Shown piece after piece: positions 24,405 to 32,021 of a stretch of DNA of 50,328 nt. The notes under the pieces were generated by a model. The model saw only the letters and a program-made list of their open reading frames with translations, did no database searches and was not told where the DNA came from. Within the stretch, counting starts at the first letter, position 1. Each line of letters starts with the position of its first letter. The position numbers and the translations under genes are program-made. Source of the stretch: a virus; the IMG/VR virus record IMGVR_UViG_3300024259_000003. The stretch is one strand, 5' to 3'.

Positions 24405-24760
24405 TTCTCCTCGACTTCAAGTTCAACCGTCTGTGAAATATCAAACACTGATGCCATTCTGAAAAATGTTTCGTCAGGTTCGTTCTGCTCTACTTTCTTC
24501 TTGCATGGGATAAAAATAGTCAAACCAGACTGACCCTTACTTACAACTCGTCCAGCGCGTAACCATTGTTTGAACCCTCCGACAACGGTGCTGGTTTCTC
24601 TCTGATATATTACCATAAGAGTGTTTTTCACGCTGAGTGCGTGTCCTTCAATCGTTACAATACCACCGTGCTTTTCAATCAATGCTGCGCGTTCTTCATC
24701 ACTGAGTTGCTTGATCGTTGTTTGAAAGCTTCGGACTAACTGGCGTTTTTCTTCATTCAT
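24401..24760 (-). CDS. ArdC N-terminal-like (DUF1738-like) ssDNA-binding domain protein
   Basis: ...GGFKQWLRAGRVVSKGQSGLTIFIP... resembles the (T/G)FxQW...GR.V.KGeKG.i motif of the ArdC N-domain. Only 119 aa, with no metalloprotease part. Confidence 0.4.
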   Translation of the reverse strand: MNEEKRQLVRSFQTTIKQLSDEERAALIEKHGGIVTIEGHALSVKNTLMVIYQRETSTVVGGFKQWLRAGRVVSKGQSGLTIFIPCKKKVEQNEPDETFFRMASVFDISQTVELEVEEN

Positions 24761-24964
24761 GATTGACCCCTATTTTTTTGCTTGAGATGTGTTATATCAT
24801 GCTTCCTTTTAACTTTCTGTCTCGTAAAACGATTTTTAGAATTGCGACATGAAATTTGGTCATGTATTTGGTCGGGTGCAGAACGCAATCGCTCAAGTAT
24901 CTTGTGCTTTGGCGTTTAGCTAATCTCATATAATACTGGTGGCTGGTTAATGATGTCTTCAAAA

Positions 24965-25213
24965 TTAAGCCTCCTTGAAATATTCGAGCTTCATCAATTC
25001 AATAAAGCTTTCAGCTTTCTCTTCCAGCGTCTCCCCGGTTAACTGGTGGTCTGTTTTCCCGACGCGGTTGATGAGGCAGACTAAATGATCAAGATAATCC
25101 TCAATGCTCGCTCCCTTTTCGAAGTATGATTGAAATCGCATCTGCTCAATGATCTCAATCGCGGTGCCGACAAAGTAAGTGTCGCTATTTACAAGTTCGT
25201 GTTTTATTATCAT
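24965..25213 (-). CDS. Hypothetical protein
   Basis: ATG at 25213 overlaps the GGCT stop (ATGA). The track ORF extends to 25267 inside the upstream gene. Confidence 0.4.
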   Translation of the reverse strand: MIIKHELVNSDTYFVGTAIEIIEQMRFQSYFEKGASIEDYLDHLVCLINRVGKTDHQLTGETLEEKAESFIELMKLEYFKEA

Positions 25214-25668
25214 AAGGTCTCCATCTCGACGGGCTTGCATTTTGATGCAATGATTACGTCCCTGCAAATCTCTATTGGATATCCCCAGCTCTGAATCCCT
25301 GACAATATTGTGTTAAGATATCCCAAGTCCGGTCGAGATTGCCATCGGTGTTGGTCTGTCATCTGGTATGCTATCGCATCGATGGTCACGCCATCCTCGG
25401 TCGTTACCGATACTGTTTTCCTGATATACAAATGTGGATATCCCTCAAATCGATCAAGCGATCTCAGATGATCCTCGGAAATTTCATAAAGCGCGCCATG
25501 AACCAAGTCTCCGCGACTCGGGCAGATGTCCGCGACTCCTTTGAATACGAGCGCGTGGTTGTGAAGCACTCCCCTGCATAATGCATTATGACCGGGGCAT
25601 CGGTAATCCATCCCGTGGATGTCAAGATTTGCTCCGTAGGCAAAGTATATAATTTTATTTTCTGACAT
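25210..25668 (-). CDS. Gamma-glutamylcyclotransferase (AIG2/GGCT-like) protein
   Basis: IIYFAYGANL....M.YRCP......GVLHNHALVF.G...I.PS.GDLVHGALYEISEDHLRSLDRFEGYP.LY.R follows the GGCT/AIG2 pattern (YGSNL, EG..Y.R). Confidence 0.7.
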   Translation of the reverse strand: MSENKIIYFAYGANLDIHGMDYRCPGHNALCRGVLHNHALVFKGVADICPSRGDLVHGALYEISEDHLRSLDRFEGYPHLYIRKTVSVTTEDGVTIDAIAYQMTDQHRWQSRPDLGYLNTILSGIQSWGYPIEICRDVIIASKCKPVEMETL

Positions 25669-25685
25669 TTCGACTCCGTGTTAAT

Positions 25686-25919
25686 TTAAAATTGAGTGTA
25701 CATTAGTCCTGCGCCACAGTCGACCATCCATTCCAATCGCCTCATCTCGTTATGAGTCTCGTAATATTCTGTATCTCCAATCAGATCAAATATATGGTCT
25801 ATGAGGTTTTTGTGTTTTTTAGCTTTGATGTTCTCGAGTATCCAGATCAGGTAATCAATATCAATCTTGGCAATATCATCCACCTTTCTGCCTTTGTATT
25901 TCCCAAAATCTAAGGTCAT
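25686..25919 (-). CDS. DUF3820-like small protein
   Basis: The N-terminus MTLDFGKYKGRKVDDI...DYLIWILEN matches the FGKYKG...YL.W signature. Confidence 0.5.
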   Translation of the reverse strand: MTLDFGKYKGRKVDDIAKIDIDYLIWILENIKAKKHKNLIDHIFDLIGDTEYYETHNEMRRLEWMVDCGAGLMYTQF

Positions 25920-25923
25920 GTGA

Positions 25924-26133
25924 TCAATCCTCTTTTGTGGATGTTTGAATGACTCTGAAGCTGATTATGTTTTTTATGCTCAATCCCCTCTGCACAAACC
26001 CTTTGCCAAAAAATCTCCTCTGGTAAATCTCGCCTTCTACGATCTTCATGGCGGGGATGTCATAAAAGGCATCTCCGAACATAAATGTTGCTTTGAATAT
26101 GATATTATCGTCTGGCAGTTCGTTTCTTTTCAT
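25924..26133 (-). CDS. Hypothetical protein
   Basis: ORF preceded by cagggtcgaatcATG. Confidence 0.4.
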   Translation of the reverse strand: MKRNELPDDNIIFKATFMFGDAFYDIPAMKIVEGEIYQRRFFGKGFVQRGLSIKNIISFRVIQTSTKED

Positions 26134-26160
26134 GATTCGACCCTGTTAAAAATTGTTTAT

Positions 26161-26212
26161 CCCGGCTCTCTACCGGGCTTTTTTTAGCCTGCCCCGATCT
26201 CTCAGGGCAGGC
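26161..26212. terminator. Two adjacent GC hairpins; the first has a plus-strand U-tract
   Basis: cccgg-ctctcta-ccggg plus cttttttt (26161-26185), then gcctgccc (26187-26194) paired with gggcaggc (26205-26212). They lie between two minus-strand genes. Confidence 0.55.
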
Positions 26213-26226
26213 GCGTTTCTGTTATT

Positions 26227-27096
26227 TTAGTGTCCGGTTTTCCATGCGCTGTTTCCCTGCAGGTATCTGGTCAGGTGGTAGCGGGCGGTTTTGAATTCGT
26301 CACCTTTAAGGTTGAGTGTTGATACCAGCCAGACTCTGAAGTTATACTTCGGGTTGTCGGTTACTATTTTTTTATGCGAGGCTGATTTGGCTGTTAATGC
26401 GCGTTCCGATAAGGCTAAGCAGAATTGTATGTATGCTTTTACTTTGCCAGCGTGAAGGGTTGAGTTGAAATACCTGAATTCTATCGTTCCGAGGTCGCGC
26501 CAGATATTGTTGAGGTTGAGTCCGTGATATCTTTCTCCGTTGTAGTGCGATACTCTTGAGTGGAAGTTTCCAAACCATGATTCGTTAAGGTTGTCCTTTG
26601 TGTGCGTTCTGGTTTTCGATACCTTCTCAATGAATTCTGTTTTCATGCTTCTGGTGTATCCGAGTCTCGCTCCGTGAGTTTTCAGTGCGTCGAAAATCAG
26701 CTCTTCGTTTTTATATACCATCTTGGCGAGTATTGCGATTGACTTGGGCGTGTGTGGCTCCCCGTCGATGTGGATGTGTATTCCGCATTGTGGTGGGGTT
26801 TTGGCTCCGGTTGCTTTTACGCTTCTTACTACCTTCTGGAGAAGCTCTATGTCTTCGTTATTCAGTATCGGGGTTACTATTTCCGATCCTTCGTATCCGT
26901 TCCGTCTTGGTATTGAGCTGTCGTTCATTACCTTCCATGCTCTGCCTTGCTGGTCTGTTATTATCGTGCTATTGTATCCGTCTCTGCTGTTCGTCATGGT
27001 GATATTACCCTGAAGGGCGCGTGATACGGCTTCTGCTATTGCTGAGCGTGATACGCCAGCCAGTTCAATCTCTACTCCAAAATTCTGGTTTCTCAT
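26227..27096 (-). CDS. Amidoligase (glutamine-synthetase-like 'putative amidoligase enzyme' family)
   Basis: FGVEIELAG....A..V........GR.WKVMNDSSI....GSEIVTPIL...DIELLQKVVR.....GA.....CGIHIHID....RYHGLNL.N.....TIEFRYFNSTLHAGKVKAYIQFCLAL is the characteristic pattern of this family. Confidence 0.75.
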   Translation of the reverse strand: MRNQNFGVEIELAGVSRSAIAEAVSRALQGNITMTNSRDGYNSTIITDQQGRAWKVMNDSSIPRRNGYEGSEIVTPILNNEDIELLQKVVRSVKATGAKTPPQCGIHIHIDGEPHTPKSIAILAKMVYKNEELIFDALKTHGARLGYTRSMKTEFIEKVSKTRTHTKDNLNESWFGNFHSRVSHYNGERYHGLNLNNIWRDLGTIEFRYFNSTLHAGKVKAYIQFCLALSERALTAKSASHKKIVTDNPKYNFRVWLVSTLNLKGDEFKTARYHLTRYLQGNSAWKTGH

Positions 27097-27293
27097 GGTT
27101 CGACCCCTTTTTAATCCTGCGTTGTGTTTATGTTTGTTTATTTGCTTTCGGTCTGCGTCTGCGTTTGGTTCCCTTATTTGCCTGTGTCCTGCTTCAAATG
27201 TCCGTTTGCGTTTCTTTCTTGCTCCGGCTCTATGTCAATGTGCGTTAATCTTACTACACATAACATAACCAATTCGTGAGCAGAAACCAAGCA

Positions 27294-27326
27294 ACTTGCG
27301 ACAAACTTGCGACAAACTTGCGAAAA
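27294..27326. repeat. Three tandem 11-bp repeats (acttgcgacaa x2, acttgcgaaaa) in the divergent control region
   Basis: Read directly at 27294-27304, 27305-27315 and 27316-27326. They end 30 bp upstream of the -35 of the plus-strand promoter. Confidence 0.85.
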
Positions 27327-27355
27327 GTGTAGTTTTGTTTATTTTGTGCGAATAC

Positions 27356-27384
27356 TTGACAATGAAGAAATTACGATATATATT
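27356..27384 (+). promoter_or_regulatory. Near-consensus sigma70 promoter (TTGACA-17-TATATT) for the 27535.. operon
   Basis: TTGACA at 27356-27361, a 17-nt spacer, TATATT at 27379-27384. Confidence 0.6.
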
Positions 27385-27534
27385 GGAGGCGTGAACTGAT
27401 TACGCCTTTTGAAAGATCGCAATTTTTACGGAAGTCAAATTTATATCCTGCCGGGGCATCGATGGTTTTCCATCCACTCAATCAGTTCACAGTGATTGTT
27501 GATGTCCCGGCTCGAGTATTTATGGAGGTGTCGC

Positions 27535-28062
27535 ATGAGAATGAGTCCGATAACAGAGCTGATCCTTGAAAAGAAGCACGAGGAACTTTCCGATATTGAA
27601 AAGATCTGGATCTGTCTTGAGCAGGAGGGGTGGTGGTATGAGACGCAGAGAAGTGAATTTAACTGGAAATTTACATTCAAGGCAGGATCTGCAAATTATT
27701 ATGTAAATATTGTGATGTCTAATGAGGTGATGGAGTCTCAGTCTGGATCATGGAGAATACCAGTATTGAGTCAGTTGATTTCAGATATTCACCTCGGTCA
27801 AGGGCCAGACGTTTTTTATGACAATCACGAGGAGAACATCAATAGCGTCATCGCGAAGCTGCCGAGGATAGTTTATTACTCGTATCTTAATAAAATCGGA
27901 ACTGGTTGGTCAAGAACTGGGAGCAAGGCTGAGATAATCAAGCAATACACCGGAATCGATATTCGGACCAAGCACGATGCGCTCATTGAAGTGATATATG
28001 ACGCGCTGACCAAACAGAAAACACAAAAGGAGTCAACCGTTGAACGCGAAACAAAGGATTGA
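27535..28062 (+). CDS. Hypothetical protein
   Basis: GGAGG lies 7 nt before ATG 27535 (the track starts at 27496). Confidence 0.5.
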   Translation: MRMSPITELILEKKHEELSDIEKIWICLEQEGWWYETQRSEFNWKFTFKAGSANYYVNIVMSNEVMESQSGSWRIPVLSQLISDIHLGQGPDVFYDNHEENINSVIAKLPRIVYYSYLNKIGTGWSRTGSKAEIIKQYTGIDIRTKHDALIEVIYDALTKQKTQKESTVERETKD

Positions 28063-28759
28063 GTGGCATATCCGGCACGCGGTAGAGAAATACTCAGCGG
28101 GACAGATGACTCAAGACGACGTTAATGAGGTTATTGAAGATATCATAGCAAACGGATCGCTCGAAATTGTGATGCTTCAGGAGCAATTAAAAAAATGCAT
28201 CGACGAGGAATTCGATGCGCTGCATACTGTGACAGGGAATCAGGAGATTGGCGTGGGCGATCCTGAGCGCGACAAGAAAAATGCTTTTTTCGCGCCCGGG
28301 AGGTATTTCACGCCTGATGGAGATGTGGTTATTGAAGTAAATCACCAGTATCATTTCGCGCCAGTGGACACGAAAAACATCTTTCTTCAATTCGGAGATA
28401 TCCTGAAAATCGAAGCGCGGTTGTCTTCAAGCGAGACAATTGCCATCGCGTCGATATTTGGGAAGCACTTGTATCTTGACATCGATATCATCTCAACGAA
28501 TTTCACGATCGTTAGTCTCGATATGGTATCAGCAACAGACGAAGGCTGGATCGGACTGTCTCCAGATGTCGCAATTCCAAAGGTCAACCAGCCGATTATG
28601 TTGCGAAGCATCTACGGAAAAAGCATCATGGATGGTTTCTTCGCGAGCATAGGAGCAAAAAGTGGGGTGTTTTGCTTCAGAAAAAAACATGAGTCTGGTT
28701 ATCATCGGCTCAATATTCATATGAATCCAATGGTGTTCTGTTGGAAGCCTAATGAATAA
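28040..28759 (+). CDS. Hypothetical protein
   Basis: ORF (TTG start after aaggag). Confidence 0.45.
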   Translation: MNAKQRIEWHIRHAVEKYSAGQMTQDDVNEVIEDIIANGSLEIVMLQEQLKKCIDEEFDALHTVTGNQEIGVGDPERDKKNAFFAPGRYFTPDGDVVIEVNHQYHFAPVDTKNIFLQFGDILKIEARLSSSETIAIASIFGKHLYLDIDIISTNFTIVSLDMVSATDEGWIGLSPDVAIPKVNQPIMLRSIYGKSIMDGFFASIGAKSGVFCFRKKHESGYHRLNIHMNPMVFCWKPNE

Positions 28760-28940
28760 ATGCCAACGGATGATCAATCGCATTCTCAGGCGGATCGGGT
28801 TGCTCGCTGAAGGATCGTTTTCTCCTTTGCCATGCTGGATTGTAGGACACGCGGACGAGTATATCGGATTCCCGCGAAACGATTATTTTAATCACGCATT
28901 TACTTACCGATGCCAGAGATGCGGAAGAAAAAAACTGTAA
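28752..28940 (+). CDS. Small protein with a C-terminal CxxC zinc-ribbon half
   Basis: ...YRCQRCGRKKL terminus. Confidence 0.35.
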   Translation: MNKCQRMINRILRRIGLLAEGSFSPLPCWIVGHADEYIGFPRNDYFNHAFTYRCQRCGRKKL

Positions 28941-28985
28941 TAACTTTACACAAATAACACAAAACCTTACACGAGAGAGGCTGAA

Positions 28986-29297
28986 ATGAAGTTCGGTTTA
29001 ACGCCACTTGGAAAGCGCGTCATCGTCAAACCAGTTGAGATGGATCTTAACCAGCACAGGTTGATCCAGATTCAAGAGCGGGTGAAACAAATACCGCAAA
29101 CCGGGATTATAATGGCACTCGGTAAGCATCCCGAGGTCAGACGTACCCCGATCAAACCGGGTGACAAAGTTGTCTGGCGGAGGTACGGTGGAGGAACTCC
29201 AATAACGCACGATGGCGAGGATTATGTCATCGTGAAAATTAAAGAAGTGTATGCAAAATTGGTAGATCATGTGACAATTCATACGGAGCAGCGATGA
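28986..29297 (+). CDS. groES: GroES-like co-chaperonin (Cpn10)
   Basis: LTPLGKRVIVKPVE......I.I.......TGIIMALG........IKPGDKVVWRRYGG.....DGEDYVIVKIKEVYAKL parallels the GroES layout (PL.DRVlVk..e, mobile loop, GD.V.f..y.g, il). Confidence 0.6.
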   Translation: MKFGLTPLGKRVIVKPVEMDLNQHRLIQIQERVKQIPQTGIIMALGKHPEVRRTPIKPGDKVVWRRYGGGTPITHDGEDYVIVKIKEVYAKLVDHVTIHTEQR

Positions 29298-29620
29298 AAA
29301 ATCGCATGCCAGATATTAGTAGAAAAGAAATCACTGATTTTATAGTCAAACGATGTGGACATTTTGGGGATGGTCCAGTTGCTCAGGAGTTAAAGAATAT
29401 CTTAAATGTCATAAAGTCAGGATATTTTAATACTGATCAAGGCGGGATGAGTGATGCTAGTCAAATAATTGATTACATAAGGGTGTTGATGGGATCATCG
29501 GAGCCAGTTGTCGCTGACGCATTGAGAGATATACTTTGTGTTTTTGATGAATCAGATATCGACCGCGATTTGCTGATGGATTATATTAAACAATTCTCGA
29601 TTCTGATAACGAGACTCTGA
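29294..29620 (+). CDS. Hypothetical protein (internal two-fold repeat)
   Basis: ITDFIVKRCGHFGDGPVAQELKNILNVI resembles IIDYIRVLMGSSEPVVADALRDILCVF. Confidence 0.4.
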   Translation: MKNRMPDISRKEITDFIVKRCGHFGDGPVAQELKNILNVIKSGYFNTDQGGMSDASQIIDYIRVLMGSSEPVVADALRDILCVFDESDIDRDLLMDYIKQFSILITRL

Positions 29621-29746
29621 TTCGTAGAATTGAAGCGGGTGATTTCAGCATCCATTCAGTAAAAAGATCAAAAATAAAAACTCAACACTGTCAGTGGTTG
29701 AGGATGGATTGCCCCAGTGGTGGGGAAGAAAAAAAAGAGGGTCAAA

Positions 29747-30133
29747 ATGTACTTAGTAATATTTGACGAAAGCTCGGTCAGTCAGCAGGAGCATTTCATG
29801 GACGAAAGCGGAAAGATCGAGGATTCCGAATCATACGAGAGCTGGCGCGACGGGTTGTTGTGGGTTTTTAGATTCAATGCAAAGCTTGGGGTGTTCGAGG
29901 AGTGGTATCATCCAAGCCATGAGCATTTGAACCATATTGATCCGAGTCAATGGGAGGTTGATGAACGTGGTCGGTTGTGGATTCCCTGCGGGTTGTATGT
30001 TCCGAGTAACGATCATGGTCATTGCTCTAAGACCGAGATGCAAAATAAGATTGTCCGGTTTTTAAGGAAAAAAGAAGAGACGCAGAAGTTTATAAGTGCT
30101 TCTGCTCAAGATGACTTTCCGAGTAATTTGTGA
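29747..30133 (+). CDS. Hypothetical protein
   Basis: agagggtcaaaATG at 29747 (the track starts at GTG 29717). Confidence 0.45.
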   Translation: MYLVIFDESSVSQQEHFMDESGKIEDSESYESWRDGLLWVFRFNAKLGVFEEWYHPSHEHLNHIDPSQWEVDERGRLWIPCGLYVPSNDHGHCSKTEMQNKIVRFLRKKEETQKFISASAQDDFPSNL

Positions 30134-30816
30134 GTGAGGTCATGATAAACGCTGATAGCTACCAGATCATGCAGGGTGATTGCCGGGAGGTGACGAAATT
30201 GCTTCCCGGTGGGTCGGTGAATTTGATTGTTACTGATCCGCCATACAAGAAATACAAGACTAACCGGAGGAAGGATAAATCGCACAGGTTCTGCAAGCGG
30301 ATCAAGGGCGATACCGACAAACAGCTTATTATCGATATCATGCCCGAACTAAACCGGGTGATGAAACTAAACTCTGCGATGTATATGTTCTGCTCGTGGG
30401 ATCATGTGGATTTTTTCAAGCAGCAACTCGAGCGATTCTTCAAAATCAAGAACATGATAATCTGGAAAAAGAACTCGCATACTGCCGGAGACCTCTTCGG
30501 GGCTTTCGGATATCAGTACGAGATAATATTCCTTGTTCACAAAGGACGGACGCTCTATAATGGGAAGCGTCTGACCGATGTATGGGAGTTTGATCGGGTC
30601 GTGGGAAAAAAGCAGATTCACCAGAACCAGAAACCCGTCGACCTGCTGAAGCGGTGTATTGAGAAACACTCTGATGTCGGTGATATGGTATTCGATCCAT
30701 TTGCCGGGTCCGGTAGCACTCTCGTGGCCGCGAAGAGTCTCGACCGTCGATGCATCGGGATAGAGATTGAGCAGGGTGATGTGAAAATTTGCAAAGAACG
30801 ATTGTTAAATGAGTGA
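30130..30816 (+). CDS. DNA methyltransferase, N6-adenine/N4-cytosine type (N6_N4_Mtase, beta class)
   Basis: IVTDPPY (motif IV) lies N-terminal. HQNQKPVDLL...VFDPFAGSGSTLVAA..L.RRCIGIEIE (motif I) lies C-terminal. Confidence 0.9.
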   Translation: MSEVMINADSYQIMQGDCREVTKLLPGGSVNLIVTDPPYKKYKTNRRKDKSHRFCKRIKGDTDKQLIIDIMPELNRVMKLNSAMYMFCSWDHVDFFKQQLERFFKIKNMIIWKKNSHTAGDLFGAFGYQYEIIFLVHKGRTLYNGKRLTDVWEFDRVVGKKQIHQNQKPVDLLKRCIEKHSDVGDMVFDPFAGSGSTLVAAKSLDRRCIGIEIEQGDVKICKERLLNE

Positions 30817-31261
30817 CCACTGGCAAACCCCAAAAGATTTCTACGATAGGCTGGATAGGGAGTTTAGCTTCACACTGGATCCGTGTCCGCTTTCAGAGAA
30901 TCCGATCGTTGATGGATTGACGCGATCGTGGGTGGATGAGATCGTGTTCTGTAATCCACCATATTCAGCAATCGACAAATGGATTGAAAAAGCTCGCTAT
31001 GAATCACGGAAAAATAATGTTGTTGTAGTTATGCTTCTACCTGCAAACCGGACAGATCGCAAATGGTTTCATCGGTTTTGTATGGCTGCAGATGAGATAA
31101 GATTTGTTAATGGGCGAATCAATTTCGTGAGAAAAGGGGAACAACCGTCGAGGTCAAATCATCCAAGCATGCTGGTTATCTTTAACGGCAGTTCGCCAGA
31201 AAAGCTTAAAGTCTCATCCATGTGTGCCAAGACAGAAAAAAACGAGAGACTGAAGCTTTGA
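30809..31261 (+). CDS. Phage-type DNA N6-adenine methyltransferase (Dam, phage_N6A_met family)
   Basis: HWQTPKDFYDRLDREFSFTLDPC...W...VFCNPPYS....W..K.......VVMLLPA.T....FH. Overlaps the preceding MTase gene by 8 nt. Confidence 0.8.
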   Translation: MSDHWQTPKDFYDRLDREFSFTLDPCPLSENPIVDGLTRSWVDEIVFCNPPYSAIDKWIEKARYESRKNNVVVVMLLPANRTDRKWFHRFCMAADEIRFVNGRINFVRKGEQPSRSNHPSMLVIFNGSSPEKLKVSSMCAKTEKNERLKL

Positions 31262-31313
31262 TAGAGTGCCTTTGGCTGAATCAGGAATGTGTAAAACAAT
31301 TGGAGAAAAAGAA

Positions 31314-31670
31314 ATGAGTGTAGTTGACAAGAAGAAGTTGCTGGAGTGGGTGAAATCTCACGATTTTGATCAGTTCCCTGATGAGGATGATTGCAGGGTT
31401 ATTGGATTAGGTAGCATCATATACGCAATCGAATCGGGCGAACTTGACCCAGAACCTGAACCGAACAAAGTGGCTGTTGTACACCAAGTTAAAGCTGAGA
31501 CATTATGTTGTAGTTGTGAAAAGGGTAGAGGTATAATAGGTCTCACAGACGGCAATCACTACTTTGTGAAATGTAATTATTGCGACAGGGCGACGACATA
31601 CTTTGACACAAAATCTGAAGCCATTTACGATTGGACTGAAAACAACCCCCGTGCCGATTGCGAGGAATAA
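31314..31670 (+). CDS. Protein with a Lar-like zinc-ribbon C-terminal domain
   Basis: GGAG lies 8 nt before ATG 31314. The C-terminus is CCSCEKG...YFVKCNYCDRAT.YFDTKSEAIYDWTENN (CxxC...CxxC...eAi..Wn). Confidence 0.4.
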   Translation: MSVVDKKKLLEWVKSHDFDQFPDEDDCRVIGLGSIIYAIESGELDPEPEPNKVAVVHQVKAETLCCSCEKGRGIIGLTDGNHYFVKCNYCDRATTYFDTKSEAIYDWTENNPRADCEE

Positions 31671-31684
31671 AAAAAGGAGGAGTT

Positions 31685-31999
31685 GTGAGTAAGGAAATAC
31701 CCGAATTAATAGCACACGTCGATTATCCATTTGGGGATAACCAAACATCTTCAGGGATTATAAGAGTAATCTTTGACGATGTTATTGGTGAGGATGATCG
31801 TGAGAATATAAAAAGTGAATTCAAGGAGTTTGTTGAAAATATCACGGGTGAAAATGTGTGCGTTGGATGGGAAAATGAGTGTTTTATGTGTGATGGGAGA
31901 GATGGGGAGCACAACTCTAATTGTTGTGAACACCCTGATTTTAATCCAGAGTTATGTATAGAGTCAGAGAAAAATAACATCCCTGAAAACAGGGAATAA
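31685..31999 (+). CDS. Hypothetical acidic/Cys-containing protein
   Basis: AAGGAGG lies 4 nt before GTG 31685. Confidence 0.4.
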   Translation: MSKEIPELIAHVDYPFGDNQTSSGIIRVIFDDVIGEDDRENIKSEFKEFVENITGENVCVGWENECFMCDGRDGEHNSNCCEHPDFNPELCIESEKNNIPENRE

Positions 32000-32021
32000 C
32001 CATAAACCAATGAGGTAACGC

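Noticed and set aside
26685-27248. Three plus-strand ORFs (26685..27002, 26723..27013, 27021..27248) with odd Cys/Leu/Arg-rich translations
   Set aside because: The first two are antisense to the well-supported amidoligase gene. The third lies in the GT-rich leader. Their compositions look like off-frame or antisense artefacts, and no starts with an RBS are present.
27387-27410. Small hairpin aggcgt-N9-acgcct followed by TTTT right after the 27356 promoter (attenuator?)
   Set aside because: The stem is only 6 bp and overlaps the predicted transcription start, so most of it may not be transcribed. Too weak to call.
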